Source: a virus
Lineage: Duplodnaviria; Caudoviricetes
Direction: 5' to 3' (one strand)
Length of the DNA: 64,000 nucleotides
Virus record (IMG/VR): IMGVR_UViG_3300036824_000037
Span: 1 to 64,000 of that record
The translations under genes were made by a program, and so were the position numbers. The first letter of the stretch is position 1. The number at the start of each line of letters is the position of its first letter. The notes under the pieces were generated by a model. The model made no database searches. It saw only the letters and a list, made by a program, of their open reading frames with translations, and had not been told where the DNA came from. This document shows, in pieces, positions 8,987 through 18,338 of this stretch.

Positions 8987-10579
8987 TCAGGCGGCGATGG
9001 GAACCTTCGGCAGTTCGTCCAACGCCTGGGCGCGGCGCATCCGGTACGCCGCCTCCCAGGCGCGTTCGATCCGGCGCGCGTCCCGGTCGTACGCGGACTC
9101 GGCCGGAGGCGCGCCCTGGGGTGCGGCGGGCGTGAGCGCGGGGACGCCCGGGGCCACGGTGGGTGGTGCGGGCGTCTTGGGTTCGGCCTTGGCGACCTGT
9201 ACGGGCTCGCCCGCCTGCACCTCGGCCGGTTCCAGCGCGGTCCCCTTGAGTTTCATGGCGACCCCGGCCTTGCTCATGGAGTCCATGTCGCGCCACAGCA
9301 CCAGGTTCTGCCGGTCCACCAGGATCGGGTCGTCGCCGCCCTCGACGGGGGGCTCGCCGATCTCGTCGCGGTAGCGGTTGAGCACGATCGAGCCGTTGCG
9401 CAGGCGCGTGTCGCGGATCTCTTCCACGGTCTTGCTGTCGCGGTAGTCGATCTCGCCGAATTCCAGGTGGGAGTCGGCGATGCCGAAGCCGCGCTGCACC
9501 AGATGGAAGTTGATCTTTTCGAGGACGAGGTTCGCGACCGGGATGATCGTGTTGACACGCAGGGTCTTGTCCTGCGACTCGCCGGAGCCGCCGCCGAGGT
9601 TGCCCGTCTCGATGATGCCGAGTTTCGCCGGCGGCACGCCGAAGCAGGCGATGATCTCGTCTCGCAGTTGCCGGGTCGTGTCCAGGTAGTCGGTGACCTT
9701 GCGCGCGTCGAGCACCTGCACGAGTCCGCCACCGGTGGTGATGACCGGGGTGCCGACCGCCTTGGGTCCGAGGTTGAACACCATGTACTTCTCGCGCCAC
9801 CGCTGGACCTCGGTGTCCTGGGAGTGCGCGAGGTCCACGTGCAGGCGGGGCGGGTCGCCGCGGCGGAAGCACTCCTTGATCGTGGCTTCCGCGAACAGCC
9901 ACGCGGTGACCGGCAGCAGCGCCTTCTGGGCCGGGCTCACTCCGTACACGCCGCCGCGGGGGGCGTCCAGGGAGATGTGGATGACCTGGTCGGTGGTGAA
10001 CTCGGCGGTGCGGGTGCCGCCTCCGCCGTCGATCTGCTGCACGTACCCGGTGACCTCGCCGTGGTCGTCGGCGATCACGGCCATGGTGGTGGCGTCCAGC
10101 GCGTACAGGGCGACGGGTTCGCCGAGCAGGGACACGACCTCGATGTAGGCGTCGCCGAAGAGGTTCAGGTCGATCACGCAACTGCGCAGGAGTTGGACCA
10201 TGTCCTCGCGCGGGTTGGTGTACTTGAGCAGCCTCTTGAGGCGCCCCACCTCGGGTGAGTCGGGCGGGACCTTGCCCTCGACGTCGGAGTCGGACACGAC
10301 CTGCAGGCCGCCCGCGGTGACGGTGCGCGCGATCAGATCGATCGGGGCGCTCATCCACGGGCAGGTCAGGTACGCCTGGTGGAGCTGGTTCAGGATCTGC
10401 TGGCGTTCCTGGCTGTACGCCGCCGCGTTGCGGGCGCTGCTGGGCACCAGGCCGGCGCCGTACTCGTAGCCGACGCGCTGTACCTCGGCGGCGCCCGGGG
10501 GTGCGTCTGCCCGGTTGCGCGCCGCCTCGGCAGCGGCGCGGCGGGTGAATACCTCGCGGACACGGCTGCGCAGCCCCAT
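8987..10579 (-). CDS. Phage portal protein
   Basis: 530 aa; FGDAYIEV, VYGVSP, IIACFGVPP, NRYRDEIGEPPVEGGD HK97-type portal motifs. Confidence 0.92.
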   Translation of the reverse strand: MGLRSRVREVFTRRAAAEAARNRADAPPGAAEVQRVGYEYGAGLVPSSARNAAAYSQERQQILNQLHQAYLTCPWMSAPIDLIARTVTAGGLQVVSDSDVEGKVPPDSPEVGRLKRLLKYTNPREDMVQLLRSCVIDLNLFGDAYIEVVSLLGEPVALYALDATTMAVIADDHGEVTGYVQQIDGGGGTRTAEFTTDQVIHISLDAPRGGVYGVSPAQKALLPVTAWLFAEATIKECFRRGDPPRLHVDLAHSQDTEVQRWREKYMVFNLGPKAVGTPVITTGGGLVQVLDARKVTDYLDTTRQLRDEIIACFGVPPAKLGIIETGNLGGGSGESQDKTLRVNTIIPVANLVLEKINFHLVQRGFGIADSHLEFGEIDYRDSKTVEEIRDTRLRNGSIVLNRYRDEIGEPPVEGGDDPILVDRQNLVLWRDMDSMSKAGVAMKLKGTALEPAEVQAGEPVQVAKAEPKTPAPPTVAPGVPALTPAAPQGAPPAESAYDRDARRIERAWEAAYRMRRAQALDELPKVPIAA

Positions 10580-10734
10580 CGCGTCAGCCCGGGACCACGG
10601 TCGCGGCAGGATTTGTGGCGGCGTGCCCGACGGCGGGGCTCGTCATCCTCGCGCACGCACGCATGTCGCCTCCCCGCCGGATTCGCGGTCAGCCGCGGTG
10701 CGGGGGCACAGCGCCATGGAGGCCGGCCTGCGGG

Positions 10735-11247
10735 TCATGCGGTGCGGGTGAGCACGACATGCTCGATCATGCCGATGTAGCCGGTCGCCGACGCGTTCTT
10801 GGTCGCCATCAAGAAGCTCAGCGTGTGCCTGCCGACGGTGATTGCGACCCCGGCCAGGGCGGTGCGCGCGGGCGCCAGACTCGCGGCGTACCCGTCGATC
10901 GTGCCCGCCACGGCGCCGTCGACCTTCACCGTGTAGATGCCGCGGCTTTGGAACGGCAAGTGGAACAACTCGATGTCGTACACGCCGGCGTCGCAGGCGA
11001 AGTCAAAGCTGATCTGGTCGCCCTGGGCGCCGTCGGACTGGTTGACCCAGCCGTAGTAAGCGGCGTCGGCGATGTAGGTGGGGGTCCACACGCCGATCGG
11101 CGCGATCACGGTGGACGCGACGCCGTTGCCCTCGACGACGATCTGTCGGGAGTACCCGGCGACGCTTTGGCTGCCCGCGACGACTGCTTCCGCGTAGAAG
11201 GTGCCGGCGTTCTCGCGGTTCATCACGGCCACGGTCGTGTCGGGCAT
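10735..11247 (-). CDS. Hypothetical protein, possible beta-sandwich/CBM-like fold
   Basis: AGVYDIEL...GIYTVKVDG...GRHTLSF pattern; GAGGGGAG RBS. Confidence 0.6.
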   Translation of the reverse strand: MPDTTVAVMNRENAGTFYAEAVVAGSQSVAGYSRQIVVEGNGVASTVIAPIGVWTPTYIADAAYYGWVNQSDGAQGDQISFDFACDAGVYDIELFHLPFQSRGIYTVKVDGAVAGTIDGYAASLAPARTALAGVAITVGRHTLSFLMATKNASATGYIGMIEHVVLTRTA

Positions 11248-11288
11248 CTCGGGCTCCCCTCGGTCGGCGCTCGCGGCGGAGTGTGTGG

Positions 11289-12863
11289 TCAGCCCCAGGG
11301 GCTGTAGCCGACGGCGACGGGGAACCCGCCGTAGCTGGCCGGCGGCGCAGGAGGCGGCACCAGAACCGGCTCGGCGGGGCGCGCCTGCGGGTCGATCCCG
11401 TCGGGGGTCTTCTCCTCGGCGGGGAAGTGGAACGACGCCTGCCCACCTATGGACATCAGGAGGTAGCGTGCGCTGTCGTACCAGTGGTCCGGCGCGTCCG
11501 TGTCCACGTCCTCCGGGCGGTGCGGATCACGCGGCAGGGCGCCCATCGTCTTCACGAACATGGGGCACGAACCGTCGAGTACATGCAGCAGCGGGCAGGT
11601 CGCCCAGCCCAGGTCCCGGTGATACGGGCACGCGGGCGCCTCGGCGAGGTAGGTGTGCAGTCGTGATTTGCCGCCGAGCCGGTCGTTGTCGCCCTTCGTC
11701 AGATGCAGCCCCTCGACCGCCATCTGGTCGGCGGGCGGAAGCGACGACCCGGTCTTGCCCCACATCGCCGGGTCCGCCGCGACGAGCAGCACACCCAGCC
11801 CCGCGTTCGCCGCGAGGATCTGGCGGGCCTGCTCGCGCTCCGGGGTCTGCACCATGGTCAGTTCGCGGTAGAACCACAGGCGACCGTCGCCGTCGCGCGC
11901 CGCGGCGAGGTACACCGAGGGCGCCGCCCACCCGTAGTCCATGCCACCGCGACGCTGCCACGACGCTGGGACCTCGAACGGGGGCACCACGATCCGGTCG
12001 CGTTTCCAGTCGGGGAACGCGGCGTCGGGCATCGCGGACCAGTCTCCGTCCCGAATGCGGGCGCGCAGCTCGGGGTCGGCGATCCCGGCGAGCGTCTTGT
12101 CGTAGTCGCCGACGTAGGGGTTGTCGGTGGCCTTGGCGGGGATGAAGATCCGCCGCCGCCCCGCCTTGTCGATAATCTCCCGGGCCCCGTGGTCGGTGGC
12201 GTCGACGTAGTCGTCCTTGACCACCGAATGCCCGACGTGGCCGGGATTGCTGGCAGATCTACAGCCGAGCGCGGGCACCCCCGCGACGCCGGAGCGCACG
12301 CGCGTGTAGAGGAAGTCCACGACGTCCGGCGGCATCGTGGTGCGCTCGTCGATGATCAGAAGGTTGATCTCGGCGGAGGAGAGCGCGGCCGCTTCCTCGA
12401 TGTTCTTCGCGTGCGCGAAGGTCAGGATGCTCGTCCCAGTCGCGGCCGGGAACGTCAACTCGTACTTCGAGGCGTTCCACCTGGCGCCGACGGCCTTGGC
12501 GTAGTTGTATCGGGCCAGGTTGCGCAGCACCGACTGGTTGAGTTGTGGGAACGTCTTGCGGAACCAGAAGACCTGAATCCCAGGGAACCCTATACACGTG
12601 CGGATAGCCATGGCCAGGAGCGACGCGCTCTTACCGCCGCCGCCGGCGCCTCCGAAAAGCACGTCAAGGTCTTCATCCGGGAGGGCGAGGAACCGCTCCT
12701 GCGGGCACTGGCCGCACATCGGCGGCAGATCCTGCTCGGGTGTTCCCGCGAGCCGGGCGAGTACGCGTGGTTTGCACACGGCTTCGAACCCGAGTCGTGT
12801 GAGAGCGTCGGGCCGCTCAAACGCTTGAGCGGCGTATTCGACCCAGTCGGGCGTGGCGGCCAT
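11289..12863 (-). CDS. terL: Terminase large subunit
   Basis: Walker A GGAGGGGKS, Walker B LLIIDE, ASNPG, nuclease GGMDYG and DHWYDSARY. Confidence 0.95.
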   Translation of the reverse strand: MAATPDWVEYAAQAFERPDALTRLGFEAVCKPRVLARLAGTPEQDLPPMCGQCPQERFLALPDEDLDVLFGGAGGGGKSASLLAMAIRTCIGFPGIQVFWFRKTFPQLNQSVLRNLARYNYAKAVGARWNASKYELTFPAATGTSILTFAHAKNIEEAAALSSAEINLLIIDERTTMPPDVVDFLYTRVRSGVAGVPALGCRSASNPGHVGHSVVKDDYVDATDHGAREIIDKAGRRRIFIPAKATDNPYVGDYDKTLAGIADPELRARIRDGDWSAMPDAAFPDWKRDRIVVPPFEVPASWQRRGGMDYGWAAPSVYLAAARDGDGRLWFYRELTMVQTPEREQARQILAANAGLGVLLVAADPAMWGKTGSSLPPADQMAVEGLHLTKGDNDRLGGKSRLHTYLAEAPACPYHRDLGWATCPLLHVLDGSCPMFVKTMGALPRDPHRPEDVDTDAPDHWYDSARYLLMSIGGQASFHFPAEEKTPDGIDPQARPAEPVLVPPPAPPASYGGFPVAVGYSPWG

Positions 12864-12878
12864 CGCCCGCCCCTGTGG

Positions 12879-13679
12879 TCAGTTGGTGGCGGCCGCGAGT
12901 TGCCGCAGCCGGTTCGGGACCACCTGCGCGACGAGCGCCTGCTGCTGCGGGGTCAGGTGTAGGTCGTCGAGGATGCCCCGGATGGCGCCCGCGACCAGTG
13001 CGCCGTCCTGCTCGGCGAGTTTGACGCGCCGCTCTTCGATGCCGCAGCGGATCGCCTCGGCGCAGACTTTGACCAGGTGGGCGCGCTCCTGCTGGTACAG
13101 GCGTAGCCAGATGTGGCCGCCGGCCTCCTCGGTCACCCCTCGGTCGTCGCCGCCGGTTTTGCGTTTGGTCACGCCCCACACCAGCGGGTGCTCGTCGACT
13201 GCCGCAGGAAGGTCGCCGTATTCGTCGTCGCCGTCGAGGTCCGCGACGCTCACGGTGTCGTTCTCGATGATCCCCTGGACGCGTTCGCGCAGCCAGGCGA
13301 CGTGCCCGGCGGTCCACTGGACCTCGTCGAGGATCGCCTGCTCGGGCGTGGTGTCGACCTTCAAGCCGTAGGTCTGGACCATGCGGCGGGCTCGGGTCTC
13401 GGTCATGCGGCGCTTCACCGCCCGCCTCGTATGCCCGGATTTGCCGCCGTGGTATTCGCATACGGTGGTTCCCTCGACGCGCCTGTTGAGGCACTGCTGC
13501 CCGGCGCGGTGCTGGTCTGTGTTTCCGCCGGTGATGTGGGCGACGCAGCGCTCGCAGGGGTCGTGGCGCCAACAGGTATCTTCGCCGTTGCGGGCCCAGT
13601 TCTTGCAGCGTTCGCCTTCGGCGGTGATCTGGACACAGCGCCGCTCGTCCGGAGGCGGCCCGGCCGTGACCGGGGCCAT
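12879..13679 (-). CDS. Probable terminase small subunit (HGGxSTG-like Zn knuckles)
   Basis: ATG at 13679; CWRHD and CEYHGGKSG motifs; immediately upstream of terL. Confidence 0.65.
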   Translation of the reverse strand: MAPVTAGPPPDERRCVQITAEGERCKNWARNGEDTCWRHDPCERCVAHITGGNTDQHRAGQQCLNRRVEGTTVCEYHGGKSGHTRRAVKRRMTETRARRMVQTYGLKVDTTPEQAILDEVQWTAGHVAWLRERVQGIIENDTVSVADLDGDDEYGDLPAAVDEHPLVWGVTKRKTGGDDRGVTEEAGGHIWLRLYQQERAHLVKVCAEAIRCGIEERRVKLAEQDGALVAGAIRGILDDLHLTPQQQALVAQVVPNRLRQLAAATN

Positions 13680-13681
13680 GC

Positions 13682-14353
13682 TCAGCGGTCCGGCAGGGGC
13701 ACGGTGACGCTCTCGGTGATCGGCGCCCCGTGCGGGTCGGTGAGCTGCACGCCGTCGGGGCCGTACTGGAACACGTCCGCGAATAGGGCCAGCTGGTTTT
13801 CCTGGGTGTAGCCGGTGCGCACCTCGCGCACCCGGGTCCACGGCACTCCGGCCTGGGCGAGCAGCATCTGCGCGACGTGCACGGGGATCGTGAGGTGCGT
13901 CATCACCGGCCCGGGGAGCGGCCCGGCGGGTCGACGCGGGCGCACCGGCTCGGAGTCGTCGGCGGTGCAGACGCAGGCGCCGTGGCCGCCGCAGTCCTCG
14001 CGGTGTGCGTGGCGGCACACGTCGGGCTGCGGCTGGGCGTCGCGGCGCGCGGCGTGCTCGACGAGACGCGCGCTGCCGTCCGGTTTGGTGCAGGGCTGTC
14101 CGGGGTTGGCGTGGCAGTCGGGGCACGGCTGCGGAGCGGTGTCGGTGTGCTCGCAGAACGCGGGCAGGTCGTGGTTGCCGCAGGAGTACACCGCGACCGT
14201 GGCGCGCCCGTCGATCGGCAGGAAGTTCTCGCTCAGCGCGCCGTATTCGGCTTCGGTGGCGTGCCGCTGCGCCTGCAGTTCCGCAGGGGCGCCGCAGCGA
14301 TGGCACACACGCCCGGCCGCTACGGTCGGTGGCGTGTCATAGAGCACGGGCAC
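13682..14353 (-). CDS. Cys/His-rich zinc-binding hypothetical protein
   Basis: CHRCG, CPDCHANPGQPC and CRHAHREDC motifs. Confidence 0.6.
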   Translation of the reverse strand: MPVLYDTPPTVAAGRVCHRCGAPAELQAQRHATEAEYGALSENFLPIDGRATVAVYSCGNHDLPAFCEHTDTAPQPCPDCHANPGQPCTKPDGSARLVEHAARRDAQPQPDVCRHAHREDCGGHGACVCTADDSEPVRPRRPAGPLPGPVMTHLTIPVHVAQMLLAQAGVPWTRVREVRTGYTQENQLALFADVFQYGPDGVQLTDPHGAPITESVTVPLPDR

Positions 14354-14357
14354 GGAA

Positions 14358-14921
14358 TCACCCCCCGACGGGCAGTAGCAGGCCGTCCAGATCTTGCGGC
14401 GAGACGAGCCCGGGGATGCGTCCGTCACGGAAGAGATGAATCTCCGCGGCGAGGTACTCGACATCGACCGCTTGGGAGCAAATCAAACGGCTGTCATTTC
14501 CTACTCGCCGCGCCCACCAGGTGCGGGAGCTGACGACCTGGCCGAGGCGCCGCTGGGCGAGCCCGATCGCGACGATGTCGAGCCAGTTGTACCTGCGCCC
14601 GATCAGGTCGTGGGCGCGGTTGACGATCTGCTGGCGCTGGGTGGCGTCGGGCGTCAGGTGCGCGGGCAGCCGCCCGGTGGACCAGATCGCGTCGGGGTAG
14701 GCCGAGAGATCGTTGTAGCGGACCTTGCCGACGGCTTCGACGATGACGCCGTCGCCGACATACAGGAAGGCGTGATTGACCTGGGCGTCAACCCACTTGC
14801 CGTCGACTTTCGTGGCTGTGTCGAACCGGATCGCCCAGGCCGCGATGCGGTCGATCAGGCGTCCGCTCGTTCGCGTAACCGCATAGTCGCCCGGGAGCGG
14901 GTGAGGCGCTGGTGTGGTCAT
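14358..14921 (-). CDS. Permuted papain-like NlpC/P60 (YaeF/YiiX-like) amidase
   Basis: PGD...NHAFLYVG...VEA...GRRY...LICSQ...SPQDL, with the His preceding the catalytic Cys. Confidence 0.8.
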   Translation of the reverse strand: MTTPAPHPLPGDYAVTRTSGRLIDRIAAWAIRFDTATKVDGKWVDAQVNHAFLYVGDGVIVEAVGKVRYNDLSAYPDAIWSTGRLPAHLTPDATQRQQIVNRAHDLIGRRYNWLDIVAIGLAQRRLGQVVSSRTWWARRVGNDSRLICSQAVDVEYLAAEIHLFRDGRIPGLVSPQDLDGLLLPVGG

Positions 14922-14956
14922 CGCCGCGTCCCGGGCCGACTGCGTGGCCGCGGCTG

Positions 14957-15526
14957 TCAGGCGCTGGGGGCCGGCGCGGGCGGGGTCTGCGCGGTGACCG
15001 GACCGGCGGACAGGCCGATGCTGGTGGCGGGACCCGACAGGACGTCGAACACGAACGGCGCCGAGTTGCCCTGCGTGTCGGACGCGGTCAGGGTCACACC
15101 GGTCGCGGGGACGGCGCCGAGCAGGGTGCACGACAGGGTGTCGGCGGACACCTGCAGCGCCTGGACGGCGGTCGTGTTGTCCACGGCCCAGGTGATGGTG
15201 TCGGTGGTGGGCTCGCCGACGGAGTCCTTCGGGGTCGCGGTGATCGTGACCTGCTGGTTGTCGCCCAACTCAAGCGCCATGATGTCTCCTTGCGGGGATG
15301 GTGGCGCGGTCGCGCCGGGGGTTCGGTTGGTGATGGGCCCGGCCGTGAGGGTGATGCTGACGGCGGGCGGCGGTGCGGTGAGCCACGCGGCGATCAGGTC
15401 GGCGGCTTCGAGGATTTCCTCGGTGCGCTCGTTGAGGCATTCGCGTGACGGGGGCCGGGTGTCGGCGTCGATGCGGATCGCGGCGTCGAGGGCGACCTCG
15501 CGCAGTCGGACGCGTTCGGTGGTCAC
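14957..15526 (-). CDS. Protein with C-terminal Ig-like domain; alternative start at 15280
   Basis: VTITATPKD...ITWAVDN...VTLTAS Ig-like pattern; AAGGAG before the internal ATG. Confidence 0.6.
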   Translation of the reverse strand: MTTERVRLREVALDAAIRIDADTRPPSRECLNERTEEILEAADLIAAWLTAPPPAVSITLTAGPITNRTPGATAPPSPQGDIMALELGDNQQVTITATPKDSVGEPTTDTITWAVDNTTAVQALQVSADTLSCTLLGAVPATGVTLTASDTQGNSAPFVFDVLSGPATSIGLSAGPVTAQTPPAPAPSA

Positions 15527-15607
15527 AGCGCGAGTCCGATCGTGAGCGCGAGGGTCAGGACGAGTGCGAGCACGGCGGTCACCTCCCGGGGTGCGGGGCG
15601 GGTACGG

Positions 15608-15769
15608 CTACTGCTTGCGGGTGAGGGATACGCCGCTGACGTGCAGCGCGAGGAACCCGAGGCCGAAACAGAGCAGGGTGATCGGCGCGGTCCAGTCGTT
15701 CGTGTGGGCGGCGACACCACTGAGGACCGCGGCGACGAAGAACAGCACCGCGGCGATGATCGCGAGCAT
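15608..15769 (-). CDS. Small two-TM membrane protein
   Basis: Hand-translated MLAIIAAVLFFVAAVLSG...LLCFGLGFLALHVSG, 53 aa; TGATG coupling to the upstream gene. Confidence 0.6.
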   Translation of the reverse strand: MLAIIAAVLFFVAAVLSGVAAHTNDWTAPITLLCFGLGFLALHVSGVSLTRKQ

Positions 15770-17219
15770 CAGCCGACCGGCCCGAGCGTTACCGCCTGCC
15801 TGTTGCGCAGCGCCTTGGCGCGACGCCGCCCAGGACCGGATGCGGGGACGGTGCGGGTGAAGCCGCGCGCCGTGTCCTGCTGTTCGCGCAGCGCGGCACG
15901 GGCCGCCCGGTCGCGGGTGTTGGTGCGGGTGGCGGACTGGCGCAGCAGGTCGGCGTACTCGCCGCGCAGCATGGTCTTGGGCTGCCGGGGCCGGTTGAGG
16001 TACATCGGGCGCGGCTGGAGCGCCGCCATCTCGGCGCGCTGAGTGAGCATCCGGGGGCTGGCCATCACTCGCCCCCGCTTCCGCATGCCAGGTCGGGCGC
16101 GTAGAACCCCGGCTCCATGACCTGCGTCTCAGTGGTCGTGCCCTCGGCGTCGATGGCGTCGAGTTCGTCGGCGAGCCCTGTCGCGGCGGACGCGATGGCG
16201 CGTAGCTTGCGGGAGAGCCGGTCGGTGTTGGCGCGCACCTCGAGTTCGACGACCGGGCCGTGGTGCGCCATCAGGCGGTCTTGGTCTCGGCGCTGGTGAC
16301 GGCGGCCTCGACGTCATGGCCAACCTCGGCGGCCAGCTTCCCGGTGTCCGCGACAGCCTCCGCCTCGGCGGGCTTGACGCCCTGGGTCTCGGCGGTCTTG
16401 ACCACGTCGGCGGCGTCCACGACGGCTTCGTGCTCGAGCGCGGGTGCGTCGCCGCGCAGTTCGCGCACGGCGGCCACGACATCCTCGGCGACAGTGTGCA
16501 CGGTGCTGTCCGCGTGGCCGATCAGGGAGGCCGCGGCGGCCTCGATGCGGTGCAGCAGGTTCTCGAACTTGTCCTTCATCGCGGACATTCAGTGCTCCAG
16601 CGGTCTTGGGAACGCCCAGTCGACGCGGCGGATGACGACTTTGAGGTCTCCGCGCGCGGTCGGCCCGGCGAGGGTGATGGTTTTGCCGTCGTCCCCGACG
16701 ACCTGGATCTGCGCGGAGTGCTCGTCGCCGTCGCCGAGCCGCACGTGCAGCAGATCGCCCAAGCGCGGTGGCCTGTATGGGGTCACGGGCTGGTCCCCGG
16801 TCAGAGGTGGGCGAGCTGGTCGAGCAGGCTCAGCGAAAAGAGCAGTAGTGCTGATGTGCAGGCTCCGAGCAGGATCAGGGCGAGCGCGCCGAGTGTGATC
16901 AGCGGCGCGAGTACGAGAGTGCGGATCAGAGGGCGTCGGGCGCGGTGGCGCGCAGGTCGGACCAAGCCACGTCCAGGTAGATCAGTTCCCGGTCCTCGTC
17001 GAGCCCGGTGACGACTGCGTCGGTCTCGGTGCCGTCGTCGGGCGCGTACACGGTCACGTGCTCGCCGACTGCGGGGATGCGGTCGCAGACGTCGAATCGG
17101 GCGCGGACGCGGCCCAGCCGGTCGCGGGTGTTGTAGTCGATCCGGACGCGCGCGCGCAGTCCCGCGGCGAGGAGCCGGGCGACCGCGCGGTCCGTGGGCT
17201 CCGGCGAAAGCCCGGTCAT
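15769..17219 (-). other. Run of small hypothetical CDSs (15769-16065, 16065-16271, 16271-16588, 16589-16786, 16926-17219)
   Basis: Abutting or overlapping start and stop codons on the late-operon strand. Confidence 0.6.
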
Positions 17220-17515
17220 ACCGAACGCCACCGTCCGCCTTCGATGTAGCCGTGATTGCCGCAGTCCGGACACTTGATCGACGGCCAGAGGGTCAGCGGG
17301 TTCGGCGACTCGACCGTCCACTCGCCCGCCGCGCGCTCCGGGCCTTGGGCGAACTTCACGAAGCCCGAGCACCACTGCCCGTCCGCGAGCAGATGGTGTT
17401 CGACGATGCCCTCTTGCGGGTCGAGCGGCGTCGGACCTTCGACGCGGGTGTAGGCGTGGCGGGGGTCGAGGAAGACTGCGTTCTCGTCGTGCGGCGAGTA
17501 GCCGGTGACGGTCAC
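17216..17515 (-). CDS. DUF6527-like small Zn-binding protein
   Basis: W...PLTLWPSIKCPDCGNHGYIEGGRW. Confidence 0.65.
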   Translation of the reverse strand: MTVTGYSPHDENAVFLDPRHAYTRVEGPTPLDPQEGIVEHHLLADGQWCSGFVKFAQGPERAAGEWTVESPNPLTLWPSIKCPDCGNHGYIEGGRWRSV

Positions 17516-17766
17516 GCTGGCACCCACCCGGCGGCGCCCCGCCAGAACCCGTGGACGTGGCACTCCAGGCATTCGATCGACGGGGTGAGCGACCCGTCCG
17601 CCTGCCACTGCCAGCCGTCCGGCCCGAGCGGGAGTTTGCCGCCGATGCGCTCGAACTCGGGGTCGTCCTTGAGCCAGGGCGCGGTACAGCGGTGGAAGAA
17701 CACCGGGTGGTCGTCGGCCGGGTCGCGCTCGACGCGCGGCAGTGGCGGGTCGGTGGTCACGGCCAC
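17512..17766 (-). CDS. DUF6527-like small Zn-binding protein (second copy)
   Basis: W...SLTPSIECLECHVHGFW. Confidence 0.6.
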   Translation of the reverse strand: MAVTTDPPLPRVERDPADDHPVFFHRCTAPWLKDDPEFERIGGKLPLGPDGWQWQADGSLTPSIECLECHVHGFWRGAAGWVPA

Positions 17767-18033
17767 CTCCCGGACGGGGGTTCCGGCGCGCAGCTATTCC
17801 GGCGCCGTCCCTGACGCGGGGGAGGACGCGCCGGAAGAGGTGGCCGGGTGGCCGTTGCCTCGGTGCAGGCTCGATGCTCCACCGCGGAGGCAAAGCCATG
17901 GGATGCACACCAGGAGCCCACCGAGGGGCGACACCGCCCGGAGCCCGGAAAGACTTCGGGGAGCGGCCCATGCGGGCGGCTCCCCAGTCCTAGCTCTTCG
18001 CGGGGCGCCTTGTGGGCAGTCTCCCGCACGCAG

Positions 18034-18063
18034 AATGTCGCACCCTAGCTGCCTGCGCGTCAA
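18034..18063 (-). promoter_or_regulatory. Putative late promoter
   Basis: TTGACG-N18-GACATT on the minus strand ahead of the morphogenesis operon. Confidence 0.45.
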
Positions 18064-18338
18064 GCCGACGCGTCGTCGTCGCCCGGCCGTTGTTCTGTAC
18101 TCTTCGGCCGCGGTCTTCCCCGCCGCGCCGCGCGGCGCTTCTCGATCGCCGTGTCGACGACCTCGCGTTCGATCAACGCGTCCTCGGGCGGCTGCTTGAG
18201 GCGTACCACCCGCAGGTGGCCCTCCTTGATCCACCGGTTGATCGTGTCGTCGCTGCGGCCGGTGATCTTCATCGCCTCGGCGAAGCTGATGGGGCGGAAC
18301 AGCGGGTCGTCCGGGTCGAACTCCTTCTCGCTGGTCAC
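18060..18338 (-). CDS. HTH DNA-binding protein (MerR/excisionase-like)
   Basis: ISFAEAMKITGRSDDTINRWIKEGHL. Confidence 0.75.
   Translation of the reverse strand: MTSEKEFDPDDPLFRPISFAEAMKITGRSDDTINRWIKEGHLRVVRLKQPPEDALIEREVVDTAIEKRRAARRGRPRPKSTEQRPGDDDASA

Noticed and set aside
12879-14306. 475-aa version of the TerS ORF and similar N-terminal extensions (41502-43760, 18060-19079)
   Set aside because: The extensions overlap other genes in a different frame and read as Arg/Pro-rich noise; downstream coupled starts were used instead.
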